Below are positions 26,478 through 39,989 of a DNA stretch of 64,000 nucleotides, in pieces. A model generated the notes under the pieces. It ran no database searches. It saw only the letters and a program-made list of their open reading frames with translations, and was not told where the DNA came from. Location of the stretch: assembly GCF_030684315.1 (NCBI RefSeq), contig NC_081385.1:12806606-12870605 (forward strand), written 5' to 3'. Position 1 is the stretch's first letter. The number at the start of each line of letters is the position of its first letter. Both the position numbers and the translations under genes were made by a program. Source of the DNA: Stegostoma tigrinum (taxonomy: Eukaryota).

Positions 26478-26822
26478 CTCTAGTGGACGGTCAGAAGCTT
26501 CTTCCCCAGGTTGGAAGAGTCAGTTGCTAGGGGACATATGTTTAAGTGCGAGGAGCAAGTTTAAAGGTGATATACAAGGCAAGTTTTTTCTTTACATAGA
26601 GGGTGGTGGGTGGTTGGAACTTGCTGCCAGGGGAGGCAGTGGAAGCAGATACAATAGTGACTTTTAAAGGGCTTCTTAACAAATACATGACTAGGATGGG
26701 AATGGGGGGGATATGGTCCCCAGAAGGGTAGGAGATTTTAGTTGTGGCGGGCAGCATGTCAGCACAGCCTTGGCAGGCCGAAGGCCTTGTTCCTGTGCTA
26801 TAATTTTCTTTGTTCTTCTTTT
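26478..26822 (+). mobile_element. CR1 LINE 3' end fragment
   Basis: AGAAGCTTCTTCCCCAGG..CTAGGGGACAT..TTTAAG...GGCCGAAGG.CTTGTTCCTGTGCT with a TTGTTCT tail. Confidence 0.8.
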
Positions 26823-27120
26823 GCAATGTATCTGTCCCCTGGTTTCAGTACCTCATATTTGTAAGGGCATTTAAAAAAGAACACGATTTCCTGGTTATGT
26901 GGAAGAATTCAAAACGTAAACATGATTTAAGATGAAATGTGTCTGAATTAAGTTCGGTGTGGTGAAGTGTAATGCTATATAATTTGAATCCATGAAAGAC
27001 AATCTAGATGTTTTCTTAATGGCAGCAGACTAGAACGCCGGAGGAGCAAACTCATTTTGATGTGGCACATACACATGTTGCTAATGTGTACAGGTGGAAA
27101 AAGTAGTTAAAAAGGCTGAT

Positions 27121-27433
27121 GATTAGATTAGATTCCCTATAGTGTGGAAACAGGCCCTTCGGCCTAACAAGTCCACACTGGCCCTTTGCAGCATCCCACC
27201 CAGACCCATCCCCCTTTAACCCACATACCCCTGAACACTGGGCAATTTAGCATGGCCAATCCACCTAGCCTGCACATCTTTGGACTGTGGGAGGAAACCA
27301 GAGCACCTGGAGGAAACCCATGCTGACACGGGGAGAATGTGCAAACTCCGCACAGTTGCCCGAGGCTGGAATTGAACCCGGGTCTCTGGCACTGTGAGGC
27401 TGCAGTGCTAACCACTGAGCCACCATGCCGCCC
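27121..27433 (-). mobile_element. HE1-type SINE (well preserved)
   Basis: Reverse complement GGGCGGCATGGTGGCTCAGTGGTTAGCACTGCAGCCTCACAG...GGGCCTGTTTCCACACTATAGGGAATCTAATCTAATC. Confidence 0.92.
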
Positions 27434-27939
27434 CCTGATGATTGAATGTTTGCTTTTAGCTCAGTGGAACTGGAATGCAAAGAGGAAGAAGCCGTGTTTT
27501 ATCTGTACAGATACTTGGTCAGACCCCAGAAAATCTCATTTCTTTCAGCTTGTTTTTGAGGGCTTTCCCCCCTCAAACCAGATGAGTTACAGTAAAAATG
27601 AAAGCGCTGTCATTTAATTAGATTGCTTCAAATCGCAGAATTATTTCGGTGCAGGATGCGGCCATTCAGCCCATGTTGTTTGCACCTCTACACGCTCGTT
27701 AGCACAGTACCTGTATATTGTCTGCCCATGTGCTTTCTACAAAGATACATCACTTTTCACTTCTCCGCATTGAACTCGATCATCTACCTGCCCACTGCAC
27801 CAACTTGCCAATGCCCTTTTGAACTTGTGCACTGTCTTCCTGTAAGTTTATGATGTTTCTACATTTTGTATCATCAGTAAACTTGGACATTTTCTCCTGT
27901 ATGAATGCTCCTGGCATGTAAAACATGATCTATGTATAG

Positions 27940-28658
27940 ATCAGTAATGTAGAAGAGTGTTGCTGAACAAAGAGATCTTGGAATGCAGGTTCGTGGTTCC
28001 CTGAAAGTGGACTCGTATGTAGACAGGATAATGAATATGTTTAGTGTGCTTGCCTTTATTGGTCAGTGCATTGAGTATATGAGTTGGGAGGTCATGTTGC
28101 GGCTTTGGTTAGGCCACTTTTTGGAATGGTGCATTCAGTTCTGGTCTCCCTGCTGTAGGAAAGATGTTGTGAACCTTTGGAAGTGTTCAGAAAAGATTTA
28201 CAAGAATATTGCCCGGGTTGGAGGGTGTGAGCTATAGGGAGAGGCTGAATAGGCTGGTGCTATGTTCCCTGGAGTTGAGTGGTGACCTTGCAGAAGTTTA
28301 TAAGATCATGAGGGCCATGATAGGATGAATGGCCAAGGTCTTTTCCCCCAGGGTAGAGGAGTCCAAAACTAGAGGGCATCAGTTTAGGCTGTTGGGGGAA
28401 TGATTTAGAAGGAACCTAACGGGCAACTCTTTAATGCAGGACATGGTGCAGGTATGGAATGAGCTGCCAGAGGAGGTAGTGGAGGCTGGTATAATTACAA
28501 CACTTCAAAGGCGTCTGGATGGGTGTATGAATAGGAAGGGCTTAGGGGGATATGGGCCAAATGCTGGCAAATGAGACTAGATTAATTTAGGATATCTGGT
28601 CAGCATGGACAAGCTGGATTGAAGCGTCTGTTTCCATGCTGTATAGGTCTATGGCTGT
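27940..28658 (+). mobile_element. CR1/HER1 LINE 3' fragment
   Basis: ORF remnant VLAFIGQCIEYMSWEVMLRL...LEWCIQFWSPCCRKDV. Confidence 0.85.
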
Positions 28659-29354
28659 CATACGTAAGAGGTCCTGAGGTGCAGTGAGCATCGTCCTGAT
28701 TCTGATCTAGTAGCTCTGGGTTCAGGCCCCGCTCTAGGACTTGATGACCATTGAAGCTGGATTCCTTATCACAGCCAAATAGGTTCAGTGAAAACCTAGT
28801 AATCCTTCCAATGCACCTTATGGCAGATGGTACAAATAGAAGTCTCTTGGTGAGCTATCCTGCAGAAGGCAACATCAAATCATTGTAATAGCTTGCTCGA
28901 CACAATCGAGGACCAACAAAAATTGGAAATGGAAGAGCACAGTTACCAATCTGCTCTTGGGGCATCTGAGAGAATTGGTTCTGTTTCTTAAAACTGACAA
29001 TGTGAAAGAGCTCCTTGAGCCTGCCCCACCAGCATATATCATGACTGATTGTCTCATTGCTCTTTTCCTGTCCTGTTTCCATGCTCCTTAACGCCACTAG
29101 ACCCCAGATTTCTGACATGAACAGTTCAATAATTGAGCTTCCGTTGCTGTCTGTAGTAGAGAATTCCAAAGGTTCACCACTTCAAGTGAAGAAATTCCTA
29201 CTCATCCCGGTCTGAAATGGCCTGCTTCTTCTGTTCCCTGCTTTCTAGAGTCACCAGCCAGGGGAATCTCCTATCCATCCAGTCTTGCCCCATCACTGCT
29301 TCTAGAATTCATACACTTTTATTTAACTTGTTGATTCTCTCCTTCATATTTTAG

Positions 29355-29491
29355 GGTGGAACATTTACAATATCTAACCTAGGAATGTATGGTATAAAGA
29401 ACTTTTCAGCCATTATCAACCCACCCCAAGCATGTATTCTTGCTGTTGGTGGATCAGAAAAAAGACTACTTCCTGCAGAAAATGAGAAAGG
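29355..29491 (+). CDS. DLAT: DLAT exon 13
   Basis: tag|[45 protein letters not shown](G)|gtaggc. Confidence 0.97.
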
Positions 29492-29918
29492 GTAGGCAAT
29501 TTCTCCAGTCATTCTTAACAATTAATGAATTACTCCTGTTAAGATAGTGTTGTTACCTATTACAGCTTAAATGCAAAAGTGTAAGAAATAATTTTGTATG
29601 TATTGTAAAAGAATACTTTATTTTAGGTATATAGAAATTAATGAACCTTTAAAACACGCTTTTACCCTTGAACACAAGTAACACAGCATGTCATCCAGAG
29701 ATGCCTAGATGTTTAAATTGATAAAATCAAAGTATTTTAAGTATCTATTGAATATATCAGGTTTGAATCATTTGATTTCTTTTTGGTTAATAATGTTTGT
29801 CTGTTAGTCGCTTCTGTAGCTTTGTGTCATCCAGTTAATTTCAAATGCTGTTGTCTTTCTATGTGTTGGTCAAATGTGTAATTTTAAAATTTCACCATTA
29901 CCGTGTCATACTTCACAG

Positions 29919-30048
29919 ATTTACTGTTTCCAGTATAATGTCGGTAACCCTGAGCTGTGACCATCGTGTTGTGGATGGAGCAGTTGGTGCCCAGTGGCTA
30001 GCCGAGTTCAAGAAGTTCCTTGAAAGGCCAACAACCATGCTGTTATAA
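29919..30048 (+). CDS. DLAT: DLAT exon 14 (catalytic His)
   Basis: cag|..[42 protein letters not shown]. Confidence 0.97.
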
Positions 30049-33000
30049 ATTTCAAGAACCGGTGTTTATTTAAGTGTAAAGTATTTTTTTTCCCCAAGGT
30101 GGTTTTATTTATGAATTCCAGTATCTGCACGATTTCCTTATTCCCGTTATCCTTGTAAGACTAAAATATTTGTACAACAGTGAAACGGAGGTATGCAGTT
30201 GAACTCCAATTCATAGTAAATTGAAGAAAAACATGATAGTGTTTTTCAGTTCCAGGTCTTGTAGTGTCCATTAGTATTGTAACTGAATTCCTACCTGATC
30301 ATTACCTAAATGCAGCACCCTCCTACGTTCAGATGCCGCAACTAGTACCAGTACCAAAAACCTGTAACTTATTTAAATCTACAGAGGACTTTTTTTTTTC
30401 CCTATTTTTGAATTCTGATTTTTCTTCAATGTGAAAGGTTTTCTCTGCTTTCTGTAAAAGCGGTCTCCTGGAACACCCTGGGTCATGTGGAATTGGCAGC
30501 GTAAGCAGAGTTAATCCTCACTAGGTATAGGGCATTTTTTATAAACTTCTGATCTGAAATCAATGCTGAGGTACAAGATTAACAGCATACCTTCTAGTCC
30601 AATATTATTAGACTAACAATGTTACAATGACCTGGAATTGTTTTGAAAGTAAATACTATACTATACGTGAAATTATTTGTGTTGTATGTTAGTACTTATT
30701 AACCAGATGAGAATTACAACGTTTTCCCCATTCTTATGCACCAGATAACAAATTATTGAAAGTAGGTTATCCCCTCGAATAAAGTTATGCATCTTTATAA
30801 GCCCTTTGGAAGTGTAAGTTGCAATTATTACTGAACATAGCATGAAATTCAAAATGCAAAAGAACAGTTTTCAACGTGTTTGCTCATGTGCCACAAATAT
30901 ATTTTATTGCTGATAACTGATAAATTAATATTAAATTCTGACATTTTATCAAATGCCAGAGTTGTTCCGTCATTAGCATTTTCAAATCTAGTGGCTTTGA
31001 TTACAACCCTATTTAAGATTGGCTGAGTCTGAGTAAATTTTGAAGCATTATATCTTAACGCAGACTTCAAAAATTTGTTTCCAGTCAATTTTTAGTCTTT
31101 TTATGATACTGTCACTGTAATTGGTACCTGCTTTGTTCCAGTTTGCGCATGCCTTGTTTAGTGCAGCCAGGTAACTGCACGCAAAGTAAACTGGAGTTAA
31201 AAGATGATTATATTTGTCCTGATCTTAGTCACGTCTTTTTGAATTCCACCATCACTTTGAATGGGTCACAAGCAACTAACAATTAGATCTAAAAAGTAGA
31301 AGTTTCAGAAAATAATCTGCCCAAACCTGTTTATATTCTTTAATTTGTGTTCTGAGTGCAGTGCAGGCTAATTCATTTGTTTACAGCCTAAATGATCTGT
31401 TGATCATTATTCCAGATACTGTATTTCATGCCTTATTATTTAATAGACCTAACAGCAACTAAACAAATAGGAAAAGGGGGATAAAAGCTGAAACTTGAAA
31501 CCAAATTAAATGTAAGAGTACTGTACAATATCTAACATTTGTATGTCAGTTAGTGTTAACAATAAAATGCCATATTGTTCATTAATACTTTTTAAAAGTA
31601 TATTTGTGTGCTTTTCACTATTGTGTGATCAAATCTCATTTTATCAAGAATCAATGTGTGCTGCAAAAAAGAATATCGTACTTCTCTAACATAATAGATA
31701 CTAATTGATCAACTGAATCAACTTGATTCTCAAATCAGGTTGCCTTGACCTCCTGTATATCTATTAGGGTGCAGAGTAAAACTTCATTAACGACCGTTTT
31801 CATAATTTGTATAACCTTGTTTATTATTGTGGTGCCAACCAAGTTAATTTGCTTATTGTTGTACTTGAAGCATTGCATATAAAATAGGACATGTTTTTAT
31901 TTCTGGAGCGCATTTCATTTATAATTTATATTCTTTTCTGTTGGGGATTATGTACTGTTGGATGGCAGGTGGGTCTTCCCTTATGCTTGTAGGTCAGTAT
32001 TGTTAGTGTGGAAATTGTGCACACACTGATTTGACTGTAAAAAGAAAATTAAATATGGGCATTTTGTTTTCACGGAAGCACCATTTTGCTGTATATTCAA
32101 TATTAAACCCATTTTTAGAATTTAGATAAATCCTGAAACAATTTTTGGGAAGAGGAAACAAAACGCACAAATTGGTGGTAAGGTCTTTCTTAAGTTACAG
32201 TGAAATGTCTTGTATGATATCTGTATTGTTAATTCAAGCCACAACCTCCCAGACTAGCAACTTGGTATGTAGTGGCAACTTATATTAAAACCAGGATTCA
32301 AATAAAACATTAGACAAAACTATTAAGTTTTTGTTCTATATTTATGTCATGTATTGCATTGAAAAGCATCCACAATACTGTGATTTCTAAGAATTCTTAA
32401 TTAGGAGCAAGCTGGAGTTTGTAAATACTGCATTTTGTATTGGTGGTTAGCAAAGCACATACAAAATTAGTGGATGTTAATTTACACTCGTTTCTTCCTA
32501 TGCCTGTAGAATTTTCTAATCTTAGTCATATGTGATATTTCTGGTAGTTGGTAACTCCCAGATTGCATAACCTCTGCTTGTGCCACCCATTATTTCAATG
32601 CTAACAGTAAAGGTCTGAGAAAAGATTAGTTTGGTTGCAAAGAAGGTGAGAGAAGAAATAGCTTTACAGGAGCAATCTGATTAAATGTAAAATTCATCTA
32701 ATTCATGTAACCATATTGAATTTTTGAAGTGGGGTAACAAAGCAATGTTTTAAATCTTAAAGCCGCCGTATTGGGAAATGTTGGCTTTAAGTTTGTAGCA
32801 TAACTCACGTGGCAAATATTTGGTTTATTTTGCATGTCATAATTGAATTAAACCAATGGGCGTACAAATTAGGAGCAGAAGGTATACACGTAAACATAAA
32901 AGCAAAATACTGTAGATATTGGAAGTCTGAAAAAGACTTCTAGTTGACCCAAAACACTCCAAAGAAGCTACTTGAGATGCTAATTTAAGCAGTTTTTATT

Positions 33001-33871
33001 GTAAACATACACATTACATGGTCTCACAGAACAGGTTGCAACCCTCTTCAGTGGGATTGTCAAATTTAGTTTGAAATTTTCAAGAATTATAACAAGGTTC
33101 ATTTATATTAGGTTAATTTCATTCTAAGTTGCATGCATATTGTAATTAAATTTGAATAATCTCTACTTTTCAGTTATTTCTTTCTAGGGAAGTAATGATA
33201 AACTGGTATTAAATTCTTGTTAGACCACATGTGCATACTGCATTGTGCTTGGTCATTACATTATAGAAGATGGTAATGGCAAGAACTCAAAAACAATTTG
33301 TGAAGATGATAGATGAAGTATGAGGTTTGTCTCTATTTGGAGAGGATGATGAAGGTAGAGCCTTTTCATTGAAAAGAGAAAGCCAAGAGATGTTCCAGTG
33401 GAATTTTGTTTTAAATATGTGCATCTACATTAAGTTGGTACAAAGGCAGATGGGTTACCGTTTGTTGTCAAGGGCAATACTAGAAGCCATCAACATTAAG
33501 TAGTCAAGAAATCAGATTGGGTGTACAGGATTTGTCATGACAGAATAGTTGAGGCAAATAGCACAGGTGCAGTTATGTAGAAATTAATAGGCACATAAGG
33601 GAATAGAAGGTTATGGTGTTAGATGAGGAAGGATTAGAGGAGGCTTCAGTACTGGGTGAACACATGGACTAGTTGGACTGAAAAAGGATGTATTGTGAAA
33701 TGTATGTTTTATACATATGTAAATTAGAATGTTTGTTTTATCCAATTTTTCATCCAGTTATAATCTGTCCTTTTCAAATGACAGTCAGTAGACAATTTGC
33801 TTAAATTTAGTACTGCTCTGTTTTAATTAAATGTAAAACATATATATTTCATTGAGAGAGAGATTTAATAG

Positions 33872-34006
33872 TTATTTGATAGGCATCTCCACAGACAGGA
33901 TGTGAGACTTTTTGTTGAATTTTGCAGTGACACTGTCTTCACTAATCGTTTCAGGTAGATCAAGCTGCAGTCTGTATTTCTCGGCTACATCAATAACAAG
34001 GTCATC
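33872..34006 (-). CDS. PIH1D2: PIH1D2 last coding exon
   Basis: cag|DDLVIDVAEKYRLQLDLPETISEDSVTAKFNKKSHILSVEMPIK*. Confidence 0.93.
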   Translation of the reverse strand, partial: DDLVIDVAEKYRLQLDLPETISEDSVTAKFNKKSHILSVEMPIK

Positions 34007-35615
34007 CTGTTTTGGAGACAAACATACATAAGTTGTCAAAACTTGAATTAGCTTTTCACAAAATATAGAATACATATTAATTTCAAATTAGGTTCCTTTT
34101 ATTCCATATGTATATATTTTGGGGTGGTAAAAAGCAGTTTGTAGATCAAATAATGTATACCTTCACTCTTGTTGAGTGAGAAAAGGCCGTTTTGTGCCCT
34201 AGGTCCATCTCTTTCACAGGCCATTTGCTGTTTTCACCATCATGGACAGTGCACAGCGCACAGCACAGTTTTGTGGCTTATGACACATAAGCCATTGGGC
34301 CAAAACATCGACAATTAAAATGCAATTTTAATTGGGTTAGCCAGCCCCGAGACAATGACTAATCCAATTACTGGATGAACAACGCAATATAGTTTGTAAA
34401 TATTGAGTAAGATGGTTCATCTATAAATCAGAAATATACGAGACTAGAAAACACTGTTCTATGTAGCAAACTGTAAATCAAAAACATCTCTCAAACATTT
34501 TACTGTTTATTTACTAAATGCTGAATTAGTGCAATAAATATACATTCAAAACTATATTTTATTTTCCCTTTTGTAATGTTTCATACCGTGTCTGAGGAGA
34601 AATGCTGTACAATTGCTCCCATTGTTTCTACCACTGGTGCTTTAAGCCAGTGAATGAGTGGAATTTTTCTGTAGTTAACATGGTGGATGATGTTACTGTT
34701 GGAAAACTGAACATTTCCATTTCCTGCTACTAGTGTTGCAGCAAGCAGAGTGGGGGAAAAAAACAACACTCTCTGCATTGGTGATGTTTCCCCCACTCTG
34801 CCGCACCCTACTTTTGAGTATTAGTATGACAATTTCCCATTTCTTTCCCCCCCCTCCAACAATCAACCACAAGATTGATTGAGATTGGTAATCAGAGTTG
34901 CTTTTGTAGTCTGCACGTAGAAGCTTTTGGATCCAATATGTCTGTCAATTTAAATAATAAGCAGGTGCTACCCTAGTCAGATTACTACATAGCGCAGAAT
35001 TGTTTAGCCTCATTTCAAATGAGAAACATACTGCCGGTTTGATCTGAATTTGAACTGAGATCTTGGAAGTGATAAGTTTGGTTTAATCTATAGTGTCAAC
35101 AAACATTCATGTCTGTTTAGTTTTCCAGTCTAGCCCTCTGCTTGTATATCCATACAGCTACATGTTTTGAATGACCAATTTGGGCTAAATCCGTGCCCTT
35201 TTAATGCACAGACTGTGTACAGTTGGATCATGTAGTCTGTTGCAATTTTGGTGTCACAACTGCCCTTTTTACAAATCAACAAACATTTTTTGTCTTAATA
35301 AGATGCTATAAAAGTCTAAACCAGAAATATTTCACATGCTGAATTACTTTCTTTGTGTACATAGATTGTTAGGAAGATGTAGCATCCATTGTTTCAACAA
35401 TGATATGAATTACTAATTAATCTGACTTCATGTTAAGTGGCAAGAAATATTACGTAGGCCATTGGGAAAGCTTTCTTCCTCCATGAGTTTTGTCTTGTTT
35501 GTATGAATGAAGAAATGAATTTAGTCTATGGTGTTCCAAATCAGTAATTCATGATACTGTTAGACAGATTGTTAAATCAGTGTTCATATCCGACCACCCT
35601 ACCACCAGCATATAC

Positions 35616-36151
35616 CTTTGAAACACTGAGATCACATTCTTTGACAGAGAACACTCCAGGCAGCTCTACCGTCAATTGAACTATTTTTGCCTTTGCGTTT
35701 TCATCTTTAATGAGCAATAATTCATACTTTGGACTCTCTACTTTAATGCCACTGTCAAATTCTGTACTTGAAATCTCTTCAATGAGTCCTTGTTTCTTAG
35801 GATGTTTGATATCACTCGGCAAGCAAATTGGGGTATTATTTTCTTCATTTTCCTCGTCTGCTGATTTCAGCATTGCTAGTTTCTGAAGCAATGAGACACC
35901 ACTGTCTCCTGATGACATTTGCTTGGCAGTTTGCATAGTGTCAGCCTCTCCTGTCAGTCGTCGCTTCATCTGTTTTTTACTTCCTTTTAGTTTGCCTTTA
36001 AGTAGGGTGTAAGAGTGCGATATTTGTACAGAATGCTGCTCTTCGATATATTTTATAGCTAAACGAATCAATTGGTCCTTTTCCACAGGATCTTCATCTC
36101 CTTTCTTAAGAACTTCTGGGTTGTATGCAACGTCGGTAATTGAATAAATCT
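35616..36151 (-). CDS. PIH1D2: PIH1D2 coding exon 3 (536 nt)
   Basis: cag|..IYSITDVAYNPEVLKKGDEDPVEKDQLIRLAIKYIEEQ...ECDLSVSK|gtatat, open throughout. Confidence 0.9.
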
Positions 36152-36726
36152 CTGCAGAGGGAAGAAATGAATCAAAAAAAATAAATAGTCAAAGTAACTT
36201 TCTCCTCTACAGCAAGATGAAAGAACAATTCCTGTGTTTTGGTCGGTGCATATCATTGCCAAACTTTAGGGACATGGGTGACCAAAGCCCAGCTTATTGC
36301 AAATGCTGTTGTCTTCTGTAGATGCCACAAAGCGAACCAGAGTGAAAGAAAATTATGCCCTGAATTTATGTTGTGCTCTCAGTATATCCTCCACAAACAC
36401 CTAAAAATGTATGACTTTCAAATATGCTGACTGTCAGGCAAAAATGGCCAGTGTTTTCCAAGCAAGAAAATTCCATAAACAGCAATTTTGCTGGTGGTTC
36501 AAAGACTGACATTACCCAGGTCATTGGAAGAATTATTTGCATTAAGTACCATTGCATGTCCTTGATTAATGGAGATTCCCTATCCTAGTCTGTATCCATT
36601 GATCTTGTCTGGAATGAATATACGCATGAGTGACCGATGCAAAGCTGTTATCTGTCAAATAATTTTGTGATGTCAAATGCCACATATTAACATTTCAATA
36701 AATAATAACCTTTTCTCACCACCTAC

Positions 36727-36850
36727 CTGTGCCCTCTAATGTTTCTTCCAACCTCCCCCCTCCAAGAGGCACTGGATCTGATTCTGACTTTGGAGCAGGG
36801 ACCTTACTCCAGGTGCAAAGATTTACATACAGTAGCTTCTCATTCAGTTC
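36727..36850 (-). CDS. PIH1D2: PIH1D2 coding exon 2
   Basis: tag|ELNEKLLYVNLCTWSKVPAPKSESDPVPLGGGRLEETLEGT(E)|gtaggt. Confidence 0.92.
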
Positions 36851-37556
36851 CTAGGAGAGAGAAATTCAATGATTGCTCATTGACAGTTGTGTGAGCTTGC
36901 AATGGAAAGGCTTTCTGCAGAATTAACAAATGTGCAAAGATGGAGTACAATTCAAGTTGTAAAATGTTTTGAAGTCTCTGTAGTGCTCATCTTTTATGTA
37001 AAAATTGAGATATAAACTATTTGAGTCAAACATTCTAACTACTATAATCTAATTTTGTTGAATCCGCTTATCCCAGTTTGGATTTTGTAGATGGCACAAA
37101 GATTTTGAGCACAATCTAAATCTAAAAATCTGAAATCTATTTCCTGCAAGTAAGCAGAAAAATCTGCCTGCATCCTAGCTAACATGCATCCTTCAACCCA
37201 CACCATCAGAAACAGCTTATTCAGCCATTTTCATTTGCTGTTTGTGGCATTTTGCCATGTGCAAATTTGCTGCTGTGTTTGACTATATAACTTTGGTTGC
37301 AATGTACTTCAGGACATCCTGACAGGATGGGAACATTTATTTACAAATAGTGTGTGTACTCCTGTTTTTAAAGTTGATCATTATTGTCATTGAGTATATG
37401 CAGGTTCTGCAGGTAGCAAGTTTGGACTAATTTTCTAAATATTCAATTTAATTCAGTTTTCATCAAAATCTAGCAGGTTAAAGAGGTAACTAAGAGTTCT
37501 TGTGCCACACGCAATAGTATAAAAACATCAGGCACTAAACCTGACAGATACTGTAC

Positions 37557-37739
37557 CAATATTCTTGTCTGAAAGCAGATGTAAGCCTCTGGTGGACTGA
37601 ACTGCTTCATTCCCTCTTCTAAGTGATGCTGGATAAATTTTCGATATGCTTCGGGGCTGTTTTCAGACATATCATCCAGCAAACTCCATAGTTGATTTAC
37701 CTGTTGCAACATCTCCTTTTCACACTGTTTAGTTGCCAT
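37557..37739 (-). CDS. PIH1D2: PIH1D2 coding exon 1
   Basis: MATKQCEKEMLQQVNQLWSLLDDMSENSPEAYRKFIQHHL...CFQTRIL|gtacag. Likely upstream acceptor at 37813-37815. Confidence 0.92.
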
Positions 37740-38394
37740 TGCTACTGCGAATTCAAATGGTTAAAGTCTTTCTTAAAACTGTATACTGGAAGGGCTTGGT
37801 AGGGCAGCTGTTCTGCAACAAAGTAAAAATTACACAATGTTATAGATTTGATTTTTTTCCATCAGAAGGCAGACTTCGGTATACCTTATGCCATAAACAG
37901 GGCAAAGACCTAAAAGAGTCATCAATGTTATTTGCATGCATACACCAGGAAAATTTCAAATGAATCTTGCATTTTTCAATACTTTTGACTCCATTATTTC
38001 ACCACAAGATTATTTCAAATGGTTTTCACCCTAAAATATTTAAATCTCACTGTGACTCATGTTTGATGTGGTATTTGGGTTTACATTTTCTGCAATATTT
38101 AATGCTTTATTTAATTTGTTGCCTCACCTTTAAGATTGAGACATTGTAAGTGGCTCTTTGTGCCCTTCTGATTTCTGACCAATATATAATATGATTCTCT
38201 GTGGCAGAGCATGAATTTTGATCTGCTAATTTGGGAAGAATGCAGGAAAGTATGCCATATTCCAGAAAGTTGGCTGAAGAAGGGGGATATAACTAGAGCC
38301 AGTATTTACATATTTGTACAAGCATTTTGTCACAGATGCACATTACAAACATACATGTCAAAGTGCAACATTGTTTCAATCTGCTCCTCTTTGT

Positions 38395-39150
38395 AGGGGT
38401 GTAATTGAATCCCTAGCTAATGTTCAGAATTGCATAGTGTTTGCCAAATTGGCCTTTATTTCAAGAGAGTTTGAGTACATAAATAAAGATATTTGCAGCA
38501 ACTGTATACATCCTTGGTGAGACCACAGCTGAAATGTTGTGTACAGTTGTGATCATTTTTCCTAAGGTAGGATATAGTTATTATAAAGGGATTGCAACAA
38601 ATGTTCACCAGACCAATTCCGAGGATTGTGTTATAAAGAGTTTGTGGACCTTGGGTCACTTGGGTCTATGTTCTGTAGTGTAGAAAAATGAAAAGTGTTC
38701 TCGCTGAAGCTTTCAAAATTCTTAGCTGAACAGGATAGGTGCAGGATGGATGGTTGCCCTGGGTTGCGGGTCTAGAACCAGAGCGGGGGTGGGGGGGGGG
38801 GTCACACTCAGAAGAAGCTGGCCATTGAGCACTGATGAGGATGAATTTCTTCATTCAGAGGGTAGTCTGACTGACTTAAGCATTCTCTGCCCCCAAGGAT
38901 TACAGAGTCTGTTATTATATATATTCAAGACAGTGACTGATAAGTTTCCAGATATTTTAAAAACTTCAAGTGACATGAGGACAGTATGGCATTGAGGTAG
39001 CAATCAGCCATGATCTAGTTTACTGGCAAAGTAGACTCAAGGATTTGAATGACTTGTAGTTAAGAAAGTGGAGTTGAGACAAGATTGGCTATGACCGTAT
39101 TGAATATAGACAGCTTTAAGGAGCAGTAATCTACTTCTGTTTCTATTGTT
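38395..39150 (+). mobile_element. Old CR1 LINE fragment
   Basis: LAFISREFEYINKD... remnant and CR1-like 3' region. Confidence 0.6.
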
Positions 39151-39989
39151 ATGTTTTTAACAAAGAATAATGTTTTCTAATAATTATTATATCTTCCCAA
39201 ACTGCTCCCATTAATACCTTGAAACGATCAAATTAAACCATGTCTTAAGCTTCTAAATTCCAGAGAATACAACTTGTAATTTCCCTTTGTAATTTAATCA
39301 TTGGAGTCCAGATATTATTCTATAAATTCAAGCTACGCTCTTTTTCCCAAAAAAAATTCTGCCTGAAGTGTGTTGACCAGAACTAATCAGTCTAGGCCAG
39401 AAACGTCAGCTTTTGTGCTCCAAAGATGCTGCTTGGCATGCTGTGTTCGTCCAGCTGCACACTTAGAATACAAGATAACAACCAACCAGGAGTTTGTAGA
39501 GCTAAAGAACAGCTTTTACCCCTTTGTACATTTCATTAGCCTTTTTGATTATTATCTGTACTTGTTCTAAGCAGTGAATTGGGTAAATGTAAATCTTTGG
39601 GTAAATGTTAAAATCATAATTTAAATATTATAGAATGCATGTGAAAATTAGCTTAATGCAAATCCTTCACAATCCAGGCACTATTACTTTGTACTTTGTT
39701 ATAAAGATTAATCAATGTGTTCTTTGTACTGCTTTCTCTGTTATCATTGTGGTGGATCTCTGGGGCAGTTGTGCCCTAGATCAGCGTCAATGGCGATTGC
39801 TAGAAGCTAGGCAGTTAACAAACAATTTCTAAGAAGGTACAGCTACTGATTATAATCTCTTACATCATTAACAAGGCATACCAGATTTGGCATAAGCTCT
39901 TTACAATATAGTTTTCTCTAAAATCCTCTGTCCTAATTCACCTTGTTTGTTCCTTGAGGTTGTGAAATAATTCTCATTCCTATTCTAAC

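Larger units (their letters stand above)
33872..37739 (-). other. PIH1D2: PIH1D2 gene span: PIH1 domain-containing protein 2 (R2TP-like, axonemal dynein assembly family), 4 coding exons, 978 nt, 325 aa
   Basis: The joined exons are collinear with vertebrate PIH1D2 (QLWSLLDDM, LYVNLCTWSKVPAP, DVAYNPEVL, LIEEISSTE, VELPG..SV..CDLSVS, DDLVIDV.EKYRL.L.LP). Syntenic position between DLAT and NKAPD1. Confidence 0.93.
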
